64,000 nt of DNA from an uncultured virus (IMG/VR IMGVR_UViG_3300027708_000036) (IMGVR_UViG_3300027708_000036); one strand, 5' to 3'; positions 38,790-46,304 are shown, counted from the stretch's first letter. The notes: generated by a model not told the origin, from the sequence alone. Numbers and translations are program-made.

Positions 38790-39683
38790 ATGATATTAGT
38801 TGATTATAGTCAGGTGGCACTTGCAGCCATCCTTACCTTCCAGCGTGAGTTGAAAGGAACTGAATCAGAAGTTAAGAATCTGATTCGTCACGTAACTTTG
38901 TCTACACTCAAATCATACAAGAAAAAGTATGGTAAAGAATATGGAGAGATGGTAATCTGTTGCGATGGTCGTAAATACTGGCGCAAGGAATTCTTCGAAT
39001 ATTACAAGGGTATGCGTAAAAGCAATCGTGAAAAGTCAGATCTCGATTGGAAGTTAATCTTTGATACACTATCAGAAATGCGCACTGATCTTGCCACATA
39101 CTTTCCATATCGTGTTATTCACGTGGATCGTGCAGAAGCAGACGATATCATTGCTGTATTGACAGAGTGGGCGCAAGATAATCAGATGGTTCAACAAGGA
39201 TTAGTTGAAGAACCACAAAAGATTCTTATCCTTTCTTCTGATAAAGACTTTAAACAACTACAATTGTATCCTAATGTGAAACAATGGTCTCCGATGCAGA
39301 AGAAATATATTACTGCTTCTCATAAAGAAATTATTGAACATAAGATTGAACATATCGTTAAGGGTGATACTGGTGATGGAGTTCCAAACATCCTAAGCAA
39401 AGACGATGTATTCATGAAAGGCGAGAGACAGAAACCAATGAGTGCCAAACGACTTCAAGAATTTTTCGAGAATGGATTCATTGCTTGTAAGAATGATGAG
39501 GAACGACGCAACTGGCAACGCAATGCGACTTTGGTCGACTTCCAATTTATTCCAGATGGAGTCAAGTCAGATGTTATCGGCACATACCTAAATATTATTC
39601 CGAACACTGATAAGATGAAAATCATGAACTATCTTATGGAAAATCGTTGCCGATTATTGCTTGACGAAATAGAGGACTTTTAA
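38790..39683 (+). CDS. rnh: T4 RNase H (5'-3' exonuclease, FEN-like)
   Basis: ILVDYSQ, AEADDII, SSDKDFKQL, KGDTGDGVPNI. Confidence 0.93.
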   Translation: MILVDYSQVALAAILTFQRELKGTESEVKNLIRHVTLSTLKSYKKKYGKEYGEMVICCDGRKYWRKEFFEYYKGMRKSNREKSDLDWKLIFDTLSEMRTDLATYFPYRVIHVDRAEADDIIAVLTEWAQDNQMVQQGLVEEPQKILILSSDKDFKQLQLYPNVKQWSPMQKKYITASHKEIIEHKIEHIVKGDTGDGVPNILSKDDVFMKGERQKPMSAKRLQEFFENGFIACKNDEERRNWQRNATLVDFQFIPDGVKSDVIGTYLNIIPNTDKMKIMNYLMENRCRLLLDEIEDF

Positions 39684-40121
39684 ATGAAACAATACATAAC
39701 AGAAATGCTCAAGGAGATCAATGACGATCCCAAGACAATTGAGAAACACAAAAATGAATTCTTGTTGAAGGTTTTATTTGCCCACGCATTTTTACCTACT
39801 CACAAGATGTTATTACCTGAAGGTGAACCACCATTCAAACCTGCTGATCAACCAATTGGAATGACTGATACAAATTTGTTCACTGAATGTAAGAAGATGT
39901 ATGTATTCATGCGTGCAGATCTTAAACCACTTAAACGAGAAGCATTGTTTATTGGCTTACTGGAAGGAATTCATCCTACAGAAGCTGCAATTCTTATCGC
40001 TGTTAAAGATCAAAAGTTACATAAAATGTATCCAAAGATTACACATAAACTAGTGAGTGATGCAGGAATTATTCCACCACCTGTTAAAAAAGAGAAATCC
40101 AATGAAAATAGTAAAAGTTAA
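39684..40121 (+). CDS. conserved T4-like phage protein
   Basis: LPEGEPPF...REALFIGLLEGIHP.EA...VKD; follows rnh. Confidence 0.7.
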   Translation: MKQYITEMLKEINDDPKTIEKHKNEFLLKVLFAHAFLPTHKMLLPEGEPPFKPADQPIGMTDTNLFTECKKMYVFMRADLKPLKREALFIGLLEGIHPTEAAILIAVKDQKLHKMYPKITHKLVSDAGIIPPPVKKEKSNENSKS

Positions 40122-40365
40122 AAACACTGATACCAATTTAGAACTACCAGCAGAGGTTAGAGTTTATACACCCAATCAAGTTGTAGTTCTAATTAAAGAG
40201 TTTGAAACAGCAAAACTGTTTAGACAAGAGATGACATCAGAAGATGGTGTTAATTGGACTACAGATGATGGTGTATATACTTGCGAAATTGCAAAGGATA
40301 TGTTTGAATACGATAAAGGAACTATTTTAGTAAGAGTTCCAAAGACGAAAGTTGTTGACTTGTAA
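40102..40365 (+). CDS. hypothetical protein
   Basis: ORF overlapping the upstream gene. Confidence 0.55.
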   Translation: MKIVKVKNTDTNLELPAEVRVYTPNQVVVLIKEFETAKLFRQEMTSEDGVNWTTDDGVYTCEIAKDMFEYDKGTILVRVPKTKVVDL

Positions 40366-40389
40366 TAACTTCTGTAGTATAATTATATT

Positions 40390-40914
40390 ATGAACGATTC
40401 AGTGAAAACAGTAGTAGATCATTTTGCAAAAAGAGTATTCGATATTCAATTTGCAGACATCCATGTCAATGCTAAAAAGAAAGCAGTTGATATCGATTGT
40501 AGGATCGTATCAGATTTTATTTCTTGCGAGAATGAGTTTTGCTCTCATGCCACTCCACATATACTTAGAAACTGTAAATGGTGGAGCGAGGGAGCAATCA
40601 AGAAGTTTGAATCACTTCAAGGTACTAAACGACAACGAAGAGAGTCATACGAAGATGGTAAACGAATGTTTAACATCGAACATCAATACCCACTCGGTAT
40701 TATAAAAGACAAGGTAGTTAAAAAAACATTTAAGTCAGTGGAACAAGTTAAAGATTATTTTATTAGGTATAATAAAGTAGTCATTGTTACTGCTGAGGAA
40801 AATGCTAAGTTAAACGCAACCCACAAGACTGCAGCTACAATCCAAGAAGCACGTACCAGATACCAGCAGAATGGAATAGTTGTTCGTAGATTTGATATGA
40901 ATGATATAAAATAG
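40390..40914 (+). CDS. hypothetical protein, possibly HNH/His-Me-finger-like (leaderless)
   Basis: IEHQYP...VTAEENAKLN; promoter TTGACT-17-TATAAT at 40355-40383. Confidence 0.5.
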   Translation: MNDSVKTVVDHFAKRVFDIQFADIHVNAKKKAVDIDCRIVSDFISCENEFCSHATPHILRNCKWWSEGAIKKFESLQGTKRQRRESYEDGKRMFNIEHQYPLGIIKDKVVKKTFKSVEQVKDYFIRYNKVVIVTAEENAKLNATHKTAATIQEARTRYQQNGIVVRRFDMNDIK

Positions 40915-40924
40915 GAGATATATT

Positions 40925-41638
40925 ATGCCAAATTGGTGTTATAACAGTGCAACATTGCACCACGATAATAAAGAAGTGATTGATGGTTTTGAAACAGAAC
41001 TTCAAAAAGAGAAGGCTGAACCATTTAACTATTTGCGACCAAACCCTGCAGGTGAGTGGGATTATGCTTGGTCATGCGAGAACTGGGGATGTAAGTGGGA
41101 TGTTTCCATCATGGATTGGGAACGAGAAGATGACAATACAATAGTCTTACACTTTGATTCACCATGGTCTCCTCCAGTCATTATGTATGAATTCTTAGAG
41201 ACAGAGGGTTGGACTGTTCGTGCAATGTATCACGAACCTGGAATGGGATTTGCTGGTCGTTTCGAAGATGGCTTTGACGAATACTATGAGATGGATTGGA
41301 CAGATCGTAATTCAATTGAGAATCTACCTGAAGACATTCTTGACTTCACCAATGCTCTTGATGATTTGGAACGCTATGAAGAAGAACAGTTCGAAGAAGA
41401 ACTAACTGATTTAGAACGCACTGATTGGTTTGATGCCAGTGTCAATCCTGCATATATTGGTCGATACGAAGTAACTACTGTTGCATGGGATTTTCCTCAG
41501 TATTGTACTTGGGATGGTAAGTCATGGGCTCGCTGGGAAGGTGACGAATTAGAAGTCACTAAATGGAGAGGACTTGCAGAAGAATATTGGGATGCAGTCG
41601 CTGCATTAGATAAGATTATCGAGGACTCGAGAGTATAA
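40925..41638 (+). CDS. YubB/DUF1281-like ferredoxin-fold protein
   Basis: MPNWCYN, WYxW-like WDYAWSCENWGCKWD, FDSPWSPP, EPGMGFAG. Confidence 0.75.
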   Translation: MPNWCYNSATLHHDNKEVIDGFETELQKEKAEPFNYLRPNPAGEWDYAWSCENWGCKWDVSIMDWEREDDNTIVLHFDSPWSPPVIMYEFLETEGWTVRAMYHEPGMGFAGRFEDGFDEYYEMDWTDRNSIENLPEDILDFTNALDDLERYEEEQFEEELTDLERTDWFDASVNPAYIGRYEVTTVAWDFPQYCTWDGKSWARWEGDELEVTKWRGLAEEYWDAVAALDKIIEDSRV

Positions 41639-41639
41639 A

Positions 41640-42347
41640 GTGAAGAAGTTTGCTATATTATGGTTGTTGATTTGTGCCAATGCTTACGCAGATGTTTCAT
41701 TTGGAACTGGCGAATCAGAAGACTGTAACATAGCAAAAGCACTTGCTGTCAATGATGCTATTGAACGCTACGCTGAGAAAGAGTTTGAAGTAAAGAAACA
41801 ACATATTTGCAGAGAACGAAACGCAGAAGGCATTGAATGCGAATATGTTAAGAAGACTGAGATTGAATCTGCTGGTACTTTAAAGAAAGTATTAAGCGAG
41901 AAGGTAAAACAGAAGAAAGATATTTGTGTTGTTGAGGTTAAGATTGAACTTGACCCGAGCAGACCACTGGCAGGAGACATTGAGAATGCCAGTAACTTTG
42001 CATATAATGGACAGAAATATCCATTTGATGTAATAACTAGAGAGCCAATGTATGTTTACTTGTTTAGTGTATACGATGACAAGATGCATATGATGTATCC
42101 CTATGATGGAATTAAGAGTAATCTCTTACATGGTAAGTTGACTTTACCGAATGGTATCTGGTGGCAAGCAGACATAATGTCCAATGCTATCGAAAGTAAA
42201 GATACACTGATGGCAGTCTTCACCAAAGTTAAGATTACTTTTGGTAGTAGTATGACGAGGGATGAGATCTATCGTCAGATTGCGTCAGTGCCTATTAATG
42301 CTAGGCGAGTGGTTTACCACAATTTTGTTATTAAACGGAGAACTTGA
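41640..42347 (+). CDS. exported protein
   Basis: Signal peptide ending AYA; several Cys. Confidence 0.65.
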   Translation: MKKFAILWLLICANAYADVSFGTGESEDCNIAKALAVNDAIERYAEKEFEVKKQHICRERNAEGIECEYVKKTEIESAGTLKKVLSEKVKQKKDICVVEVKIELDPSRPLAGDIENASNFAYNGQKYPFDVITREPMYVYLFSVYDDKMHMMYPYDGIKSNLLHGKLTLPNGIWWQADIMSNAIESKDTLMAVFTKVKITFGSSMTRDEIYRQIASVPINARRVVYHNFVIKRRT

Positions 42348-42348
42348 A

Positions 42349-43002
42349 ATGAAATATATTATGACTTGTGTAGTGGCATCTATGGTAGCCTTATCTGGAT
42401 GTTCAACTTTTAAGGGAGATCCCAACAAAACAGTTGAGATCCCTGCCAATAAACTCGATAATATTCCTCAATGGTATCTTGCAAAAGATCCAGATGACAC
42501 GAAGTTTATCGTAGTTACTGCGACTGATGTATCGAAAGATATGCAGTTTGCCATCGACAAAGCAACATTGAATGCTAAGATTCAACTTGCCGCACGATTG
42601 AAAACAGATGTTGATTCTGTTACTCGTGAGTCTACACTTGAGACTGCTGGATCTGGTTCTGCTGTTGAACGAGAGATTGATCGTGTATCCAAGGTTCGTG
42701 TGAAGCAAGCCATTGGTATGTTCAAACGAGAGAACATTGCTGTATTCAAAGAGGGTGATGTATATCGTGCATACGTGCAGTTTAAGATTGCAACAGAAGA
42801 TGCGCAACGATTGACTATGCCAGCAGGTAAGAACAAGAATCGTGAAGACAAATTCAAAGAGTTGGAAGATGAACCAAAGGTATCTGCAGTTCAACCAAAT
42901 ACATTCCAACTCCTACCTGTAGAGAACGAAGAATACAAGAAGCGTCGTGAAGAAGCGATGAAGAAACCTGGAGCAGTAATTGGTCAGGCAGTTGTTCGAT
43001 GA
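42349..43002 (+). CDS. lipoprotein (LPP20-like)
   Basis: Lipobox LSGC, IPQWY, A.DKATLNAK.QLA. Confidence 0.65.
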   Translation: MKYIMTCVVASMVALSGCSTFKGDPNKTVEIPANKLDNIPQWYLAKDPDDTKFIVVTATDVSKDMQFAIDKATLNAKIQLAARLKTDVDSVTRESTLETAGSGSAVEREIDRVSKVRVKQAIGMFKRENIAVFKEGDVYRAYVQFKIATEDAQRLTMPAGKNKNREDKFKELEDEPKVSAVQPNTFQLLPVENEEYKKRREEAMKKPGAVIGQAVVR

Positions 43003-43448
43003 AACAGAAGTGGGTAGAAGCATTCATGGATACAGCCGAGCGTTTTGCTCAGCTGTCCAGTGCAGTTAGATTGCAGGTCGGTGCGGTTGTCGTAAAAGAT
43101 AATCGTATCATCTCAATTGGATATAATGGAATGCCATCTGGGTGGACAAACGAATGTGAGAACATCGTGCAGCATTCAGATGACACGATAACAACAGTAA
43201 CAAAAGATGAGGTAATACATGCTGAAGCAAATGCAATACTCAAATTGGCTCGTGATGGTGAATCAGGCAATGGCTCCAGTTTATTCTGTACTCATGCTCC
43301 TTGCATTCATTGCGCTAAGTTAATACATGGTGCAGGAATAGAACATGTTTACTTTCGGGAATCATATCGAGATGAACTTGGTATTGATTTTTTAGAGAAA
43401 TGTAAAATAAGAGTTGAAAAAGTTGACTTTAATTCAATAATGAACTAA
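42999..43448 (+). CDS. cd: dCMP deaminase
   Basis: VGAVVVKD, IGYNG, HAEANAI, PCIHC. Confidence 0.92.
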   Translation: MKQKWVEAFMDTAERFAQLSSAVRLQVGAVVVKDNRIISIGYNGMPSGWTNECENIVQHSDDTITTVTKDEVIHAEANAILKLARDGESGNGSSLFCTHAPCIHCAKLIHGAGIEHVYFRESYRDELGIDFLEKCKIRVEKVDFNSIMN

Positions 43449-43512
43449 GATAGTGACTAAATAGATTACTGTCTGAAAAACCTTACAAGTTGTAGGGTTA
43501 TCCAGATAGTGC

Positions 43513-43541
43513 TTGACAAATAACCAAAGGTGTAGTAGAAT
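43513..43541 (+). promoter_or_regulatory. sigma70-type promoter of the tRNA-array leader
   Basis: TTGACA-17-TAGAAT; a second promoter TTGACT-17-TAAGAT lies at 43423-43451. Confidence 0.8.
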
Positions 43542-43547
43542 TCAATC

Positions 43548-43667
43548 ATGAACTTAAGAAATATATCCTCGCAGAAACATCTCCCGCTATTAAGTGGCTG
43601 GACATGCTCACGCACATCATTTGGATATAATGCGATTGAGGATTCTGGGGGTTTGGCAAGTACATAA
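43548..43667 (+). CDS. putative attenuator leader peptide (39 aa, leaderless)
   Basis: MNLRNISSQKHLPLLSGWTCSRTSFGYNAIEDSGGLAST*; 19 amino acids and 33 distinct codons; 3' end complementary to the 5' arm of the downstream terminator. Confidence 0.75.
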   Translation: MNLRNISSQKHLPLLSGWTCSRTSFGYNAIEDSGGLAST

Positions 43668-43690
43668 CTGACACACGCAGTTTACTTACC

Positions 43691-43724
43691 AAACCCTCTG
43701 AGATGAAAATCCAGAGGGTTTTTT
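43691..43724 (+). terminator. intrinsic terminator (attenuator) upstream of the tRNA array
   Basis: AAACCCTCTG-a-GAT-GAAA-ATC-CAGAGGGTTT followed by a T tract. Confidence 0.88.
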
Positions 43725-43747
43725 GTTTTATAGCCATCGTGCTAAAA

Positions 43748-43762
43748 TGTTCTTTTACAATT
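43748..43762 (+). promoter_or_regulatory. rrn-type boxA antitermination element
   Basis: TGTTCTTTTACAATT versus the rRNA leader boxA TGCTCTTTAACAATT. Confidence 0.6.
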
Positions 43763-43773
43763 CAGGATTCTGT

Positions 43774-43847
43774 TGGGGGTTGGTGTAGTGGTAGCACACT
43801 TGACTTTGACTCAAGTAGTACAAGTTCGATTCTTGTACCCCCTGCCA
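43774..43847 (+). tRNA. tRNA-Gln(TTG)
   Basis: Cloverleaf, anticodon loop CTTTGAC, GTTCGA, CCA. Confidence 0.92.
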
Positions 43848-43856
43848 AACAGAAAC

Positions 43857-43927
43857 ACATTGATCATCTAATTGGTCAGGATGGTGTTCATAAGGCACTA
43901 AATGTAGGTTCGACTCCTACTCAGTGT
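43857..43927 (+). ncRNA. tRNA-like element lacking CCA, with an extended acceptor helix
   Basis: ACATTGA/TCAGTGT stem, D-arm, GTAGG-TTCGACT-CCTAC T-arm, non-canonical anticodon arm. Confidence 0.6.
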
Positions 43928-43948
43928 GTTTTTGTTTGGTAAAAATAT

Positions 43949-44022
43949 GGGAGTGAAACTTTAAGGTGAAGTAACTGGCTTTTAACCAGTAAAATTCGGA
44001 TCGTTCCCGAACACTCCTACCA
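43949..44022 (+). tRNA. tRNA-Lys(TTT), atypical T-loop
   Basis: ACTGG-CTTTTAA-CCAGT; T-loop ATCGTTC; CCA. Confidence 0.85.
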
Positions 44023-44027
44023 ATTAT

Positions 44028-44103
44028 GGTGTTTATAGTGTAGTGGTCTGCACATCTCGCTGTGACCGAGATAGTATGAGTTCGATCCTCATTAAACACC
44101 CCA
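44028..44103 (+). tRNA. tRNA-His(GTG)
   Basis: G-1:C73, anticodon loop CTGTGAC. Confidence 0.93.
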
Positions 44104-44104
44104 T

Positions 44105-44180
44105 GCTGCTTTAGCTGATGTGGTCATAGCGGTGGTTTGAAGAACCATTGAAAGTAGTTCGATTCTACTAGGCAGCACCA
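44105..44180 (+). tRNA. tRNA-Phe(GAA)
   Basis: Anticodon loop TTGAAGA, CCA. Confidence 0.9.
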
Positions 44181-44189
44181 AAAAATTAG

Positions 44190-44264
44190 TCCCGATTAGC
44201 TCAGAGGTAGAGCAATCGCTTGATAAGCGATAGGCGAGTGGATCGTTACCACTATCGGGAACCA
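44190..44264 (+). tRNA. tRNA-Ile(GAT), atypical T-loop
   Basis: ATCGC-TTGATAA-GCGAT; T-loop ATCGTTA. Confidence 0.9.
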
Positions 44265-44270
44265 AGTTAT

Positions 44271-44360
44271 GGAGAGTTGGTCGAGTCTGGTTTATGGCAA
44301 CAGTCTTGAAAACTGTCGAACAGAAATGTTCCGTGAGTTCGAATCTCACACTCTCCGCCA
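44271..44360 (+). tRNA. tRNA-Ser(TGA)
   Basis: Loop CTTGAAA, long variable arm, GCCA. Confidence 0.93.
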
Positions 44361-44364
44361 ATAT

Positions 44365-44439
44365 GCCTCGTTATTTCAGTGGTAGAATGTCTCTTTTACA
44401 CGGAGAAGGTCGGCAGTTCGAATCTGTCACGAGGTACCA
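44365..44439 (+). tRNA. tRNA-Val(TAC)
   Basis: Loop TTTACAC. Confidence 0.92.
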
Positions 44440-44441
44440 AT

Positions 44442-44516
44442 ACCCGATTGGTGAAATGAATATCACGCTGTGCTACGAACGCAGAAGTGGAGGTTTGATT
44501 CCTTCATTGGGTGCCA
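44442..44516 (+). tRNA. tRNA-Arg(ACG)
   Basis: Loop CTACGAA. Confidence 0.88.
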
Positions 44517-44522
44517 AAGTTT

Positions 44523-44611
44523 GGAAGATGGGCAGGACGGTAATGCAGCAGATTGCTAATCTGTCATCGTAGTGATACGGTGAGTGAGTTCGACTCTCAC
44601 ATCTTCCGCCA
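44523..44611 (+). tRNA. tRNA-Ser(GCT)
   Basis: Loop TTGCTAA, long variable arm. Confidence 0.92.
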
Positions 44612-44617
44612 AATGTT

Positions 44618-44692
44618 GGGCTGATAGCTTAATGGTAAAGCAATCGACTCATAATCGATTGAGTCTGAGTTCAATTCTCAGTCAGCCCACCA
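44618..44692 (+). tRNA. tRNA-Ile2(CAT) (lysidine type, probable)
   Basis: ATCGA-CTCATAA-TCGAT; body resembles bacterial Ile2 rather than Met. Confidence 0.8.
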
Positions 44693-44694
44693 AT

Positions 44695-44772
44695 GCCTCG
44701 ATGGACAAATTGGAAAAGTCGTCTCTCTCAAAAGGAGAAATTCTGTGAGTTCGAATCTCACTCGAGGTACCA
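44695..44772 (+). tRNA. tRNA-Leu(CAA), short variable arm
   Basis: Loop CTCAAAA; 78 nt. Confidence 0.85.
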
Positions 44773-44776
44773 ACTG

Positions 44777-44805
44777 TTGACTTGCAAGATTGTTTGATGT
44801 ATAAT
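44777..44805 (+). promoter_or_regulatory. internal promoter of the tRNA array (near-duplicate at 45064-45092)
   Basis: TTGACT-TGCAAGATT...-TATAAT, 17 nt spacer. Confidence 0.8.
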
Positions 44806-44814
44806 AGAGTAACT

Positions 44815-44897
44815 GCGAGTATGATGAAATTGGTAAACATAGAAGACTTAAAATCTTCCGCTTCGGCTTCCCAGTTCGAGTCTGGGTACTCGCACCA
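44815..44897 (+). tRNA. tRNA-Leu(TAA)
   Basis: Loop CTTAAAA, variable arm with TTCG loop. Confidence 0.93.
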
Positions 44898-44899
44898 AT

Positions 44900-44974
44900 A
44901 CGGCTATAGTATAATGGAGAATACAGTAGGCTTCTACCCTACGAATGTGGGTTCGATTCCTGCTAGCCGTGCCA
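44900..44974 (+). tRNA. tRNA-Arg(TCT)
   Basis: Loop CTTCTAC. Confidence 0.9.
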
Positions 44975-44981
44975 GAATTAT

Positions 44982-45055
44982 GTGAGTGGAGCCAGTTGGA
45001 CAGGCACTGGATTGCAAACCCATGGAAGTAGGTTCGATTCCTATCACTCACTCCA
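44982..45055 (+). tRNA. tRNA-Cys(GCA)
   Basis: Loop TTGCAAA, U73 discriminator; imperfect anticodon stem. Confidence 0.82.
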
Positions 45056-45226
45056 GATAGTTGTTGACTTGCAAGATTATTTGAGGTATAATAGTTGTTC
45101 TTCGAAAGTCCACTCTAAGTCTGCGGTAAATACGTAGCATGTGGCAGGGATGGCTTGATTGTTGCAACTCGCCTACAATCTCCCATGCAAGCAAGTTTGG
45201 TAGTTCTTGTAAAAAACTACCACTGT

Positions 45227-45302
45227 GCTCGATTCGTCTATCGGTTAGGACACTGCCCTTTCACGGCAGGAAGGAGGGGTTCGATTCCCCCATCGAGTAC
45301 CA
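45227..45302 (+). tRNA. tRNA-Glu(TTC)
   Basis: Loop CTTTCAC. Confidence 0.93.
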
Positions 45303-45303
45303 G

Positions 45304-45535
45304 ATTTAATTACATTGGTTATCAACCCAGTAGGTGACTTATGCAGAGATATATTCCTAGTGACGGCTAGGCTCTGGTAAGTTACACGAAAGATGGAAAC
45401 GAAGTCGAAAGATGGATACGGTGGTCACGCTGGAACAAGTTGGGCACGTAATGTGGTTGACAGACAAGTCCATGGACGGCATGGTAGGGCAGGTTCAAAA
45501 CTGTTTATTCTGTCAAACACCCAGTGTAATTAAAT
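45304..45535 (+). ncRNA. unannotated structured ncRNA A
   Basis: 15 bp closing helix ATTTAATTACATTGG / CCAGTGTAATTAAAT enclosing several hairpins; no credible ORF. Confidence 0.7.
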
Positions 45536-45540
45536 GTGGT

Positions 45541-45687
45541 ATTAGTTTAGTGTTATCAAGGTATCGTCATAGGACGCTATGACTACTCGACAGTTAGGGT
45601 GCGACTGAAACTGTCTGATATAACTGCCACTCGCTTGTCAGTGTTAGCTACATTGTTGACAAATCGGCACGATAACACTAAACTAAT
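45541..45687 (+). ncRNA. unannotated structured ncRNA B
   Basis: Perfect 17 bp closing helix ATTAGTTTAGTGTTATC / GATAACACTAAACTAAT enclosing three hairpins. Confidence 0.72.
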
Positions 45688-45693
45688 ATCATT

Positions 45694-45786
45694 GGAGCAA
45701 TTGATGCTATGGCGTGTGCATCCTCAGACTGTAAATCTGATCCCTCTGGGTAAACAATCTTGGTTCGACTCCAAGTTGCTCCACCA
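45694..45786 (+). tRNA. tRNA-Tyr(GTA)
   Basis: Loop CTGTAAA, variable arm. Confidence 0.88.
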
Positions 45787-45793
45787 GTTTTTA

Positions 45794-45868
45794 GGCTCGT
45801 TAGTATAATGGTCATTACAGCGGATTGTCTATCCGCTTATGGGAGTTCGATTCTCCCACGAGTCGCCA
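45794..45868 (+). tRNA. tRNA-Asp(GTC)
   Basis: Loop TTGTCTA, G73. Confidence 0.9.
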
Positions 45869-45872
45869 AGTT

Positions 45873-45950
45873 TGCGGAGTATGGAAGTGGTCTATCCGTC
45901 TGGTCTCATAAGCCATGAAATCGTTGGTTCGAATCCAACCTCCGCTACCA
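45873..45950 (+). tRNA. tRNA-fMet(CAT) (initiator-like)
   Basis: Unpaired 1:72, GCGGAG acceptor, loop CTCATAA. Confidence 0.8.
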
Positions 45951-46216
45951 AGCCATGCAGCGTCACAACTGCTACTCTGACCCAGAGGAAATGAAACTGA
46001 GTTGTCCTCAGTAGGGTGGTTCTTTTCTATTAAATTAGAAGGCATCGAAACTGTTATAGAAGACAGATAAGATGGGGTCGACCAAACCAGCGTTAGCAAC
46101 ACGAGAGTTCTGTCCGTGGCGAGTGGGTGGAGGGCATGCTTGATGGAGAAACTGGTGCGATGTACACAAACCAGAAATAAACTGATGTGCTATAATTACC
46201 ACGACGGATAGAAAGC
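45951..46216 (+). ncRNA. unannotated structured ncRNA C
   Basis: Multi-hairpin 5' domain and a 3' domain closed by TTCTGTCCGT / ACGGATAGAA; no credible ORF. Confidence 0.62.
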
Positions 46217-46221
46217 ATTTT

Positions 46222-46298
46222 GCCCCGATGACGGAATTGGTATACGTGTTGGTCTTAGAAGCCAAATTTTGCGAGTTCGAGTCTCGCTTGGGGCACCA
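46222..46298 (+). tRNA. tRNA-Leu(TAG), short variable arm
   Basis: Loop CTTAGAA; 77 nt. Confidence 0.87.
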
Positions 46299-46304
46299 AA
46301 TTTC

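Noticed and set aside
45100..45130. RNase P RNA (GAAAGTCC motif)
   Set aside because: Only the short motif matches; no complementary P4 3' strand is evident and the segment is too short.
45199..45222. preQ1 riboswitch-like GGTAGTTC...AAAAAACTA
   Set aside because: The sequence forms a simple hairpin without the separate P1 stem, and it precedes a tRNA rather than a queuosine gene.
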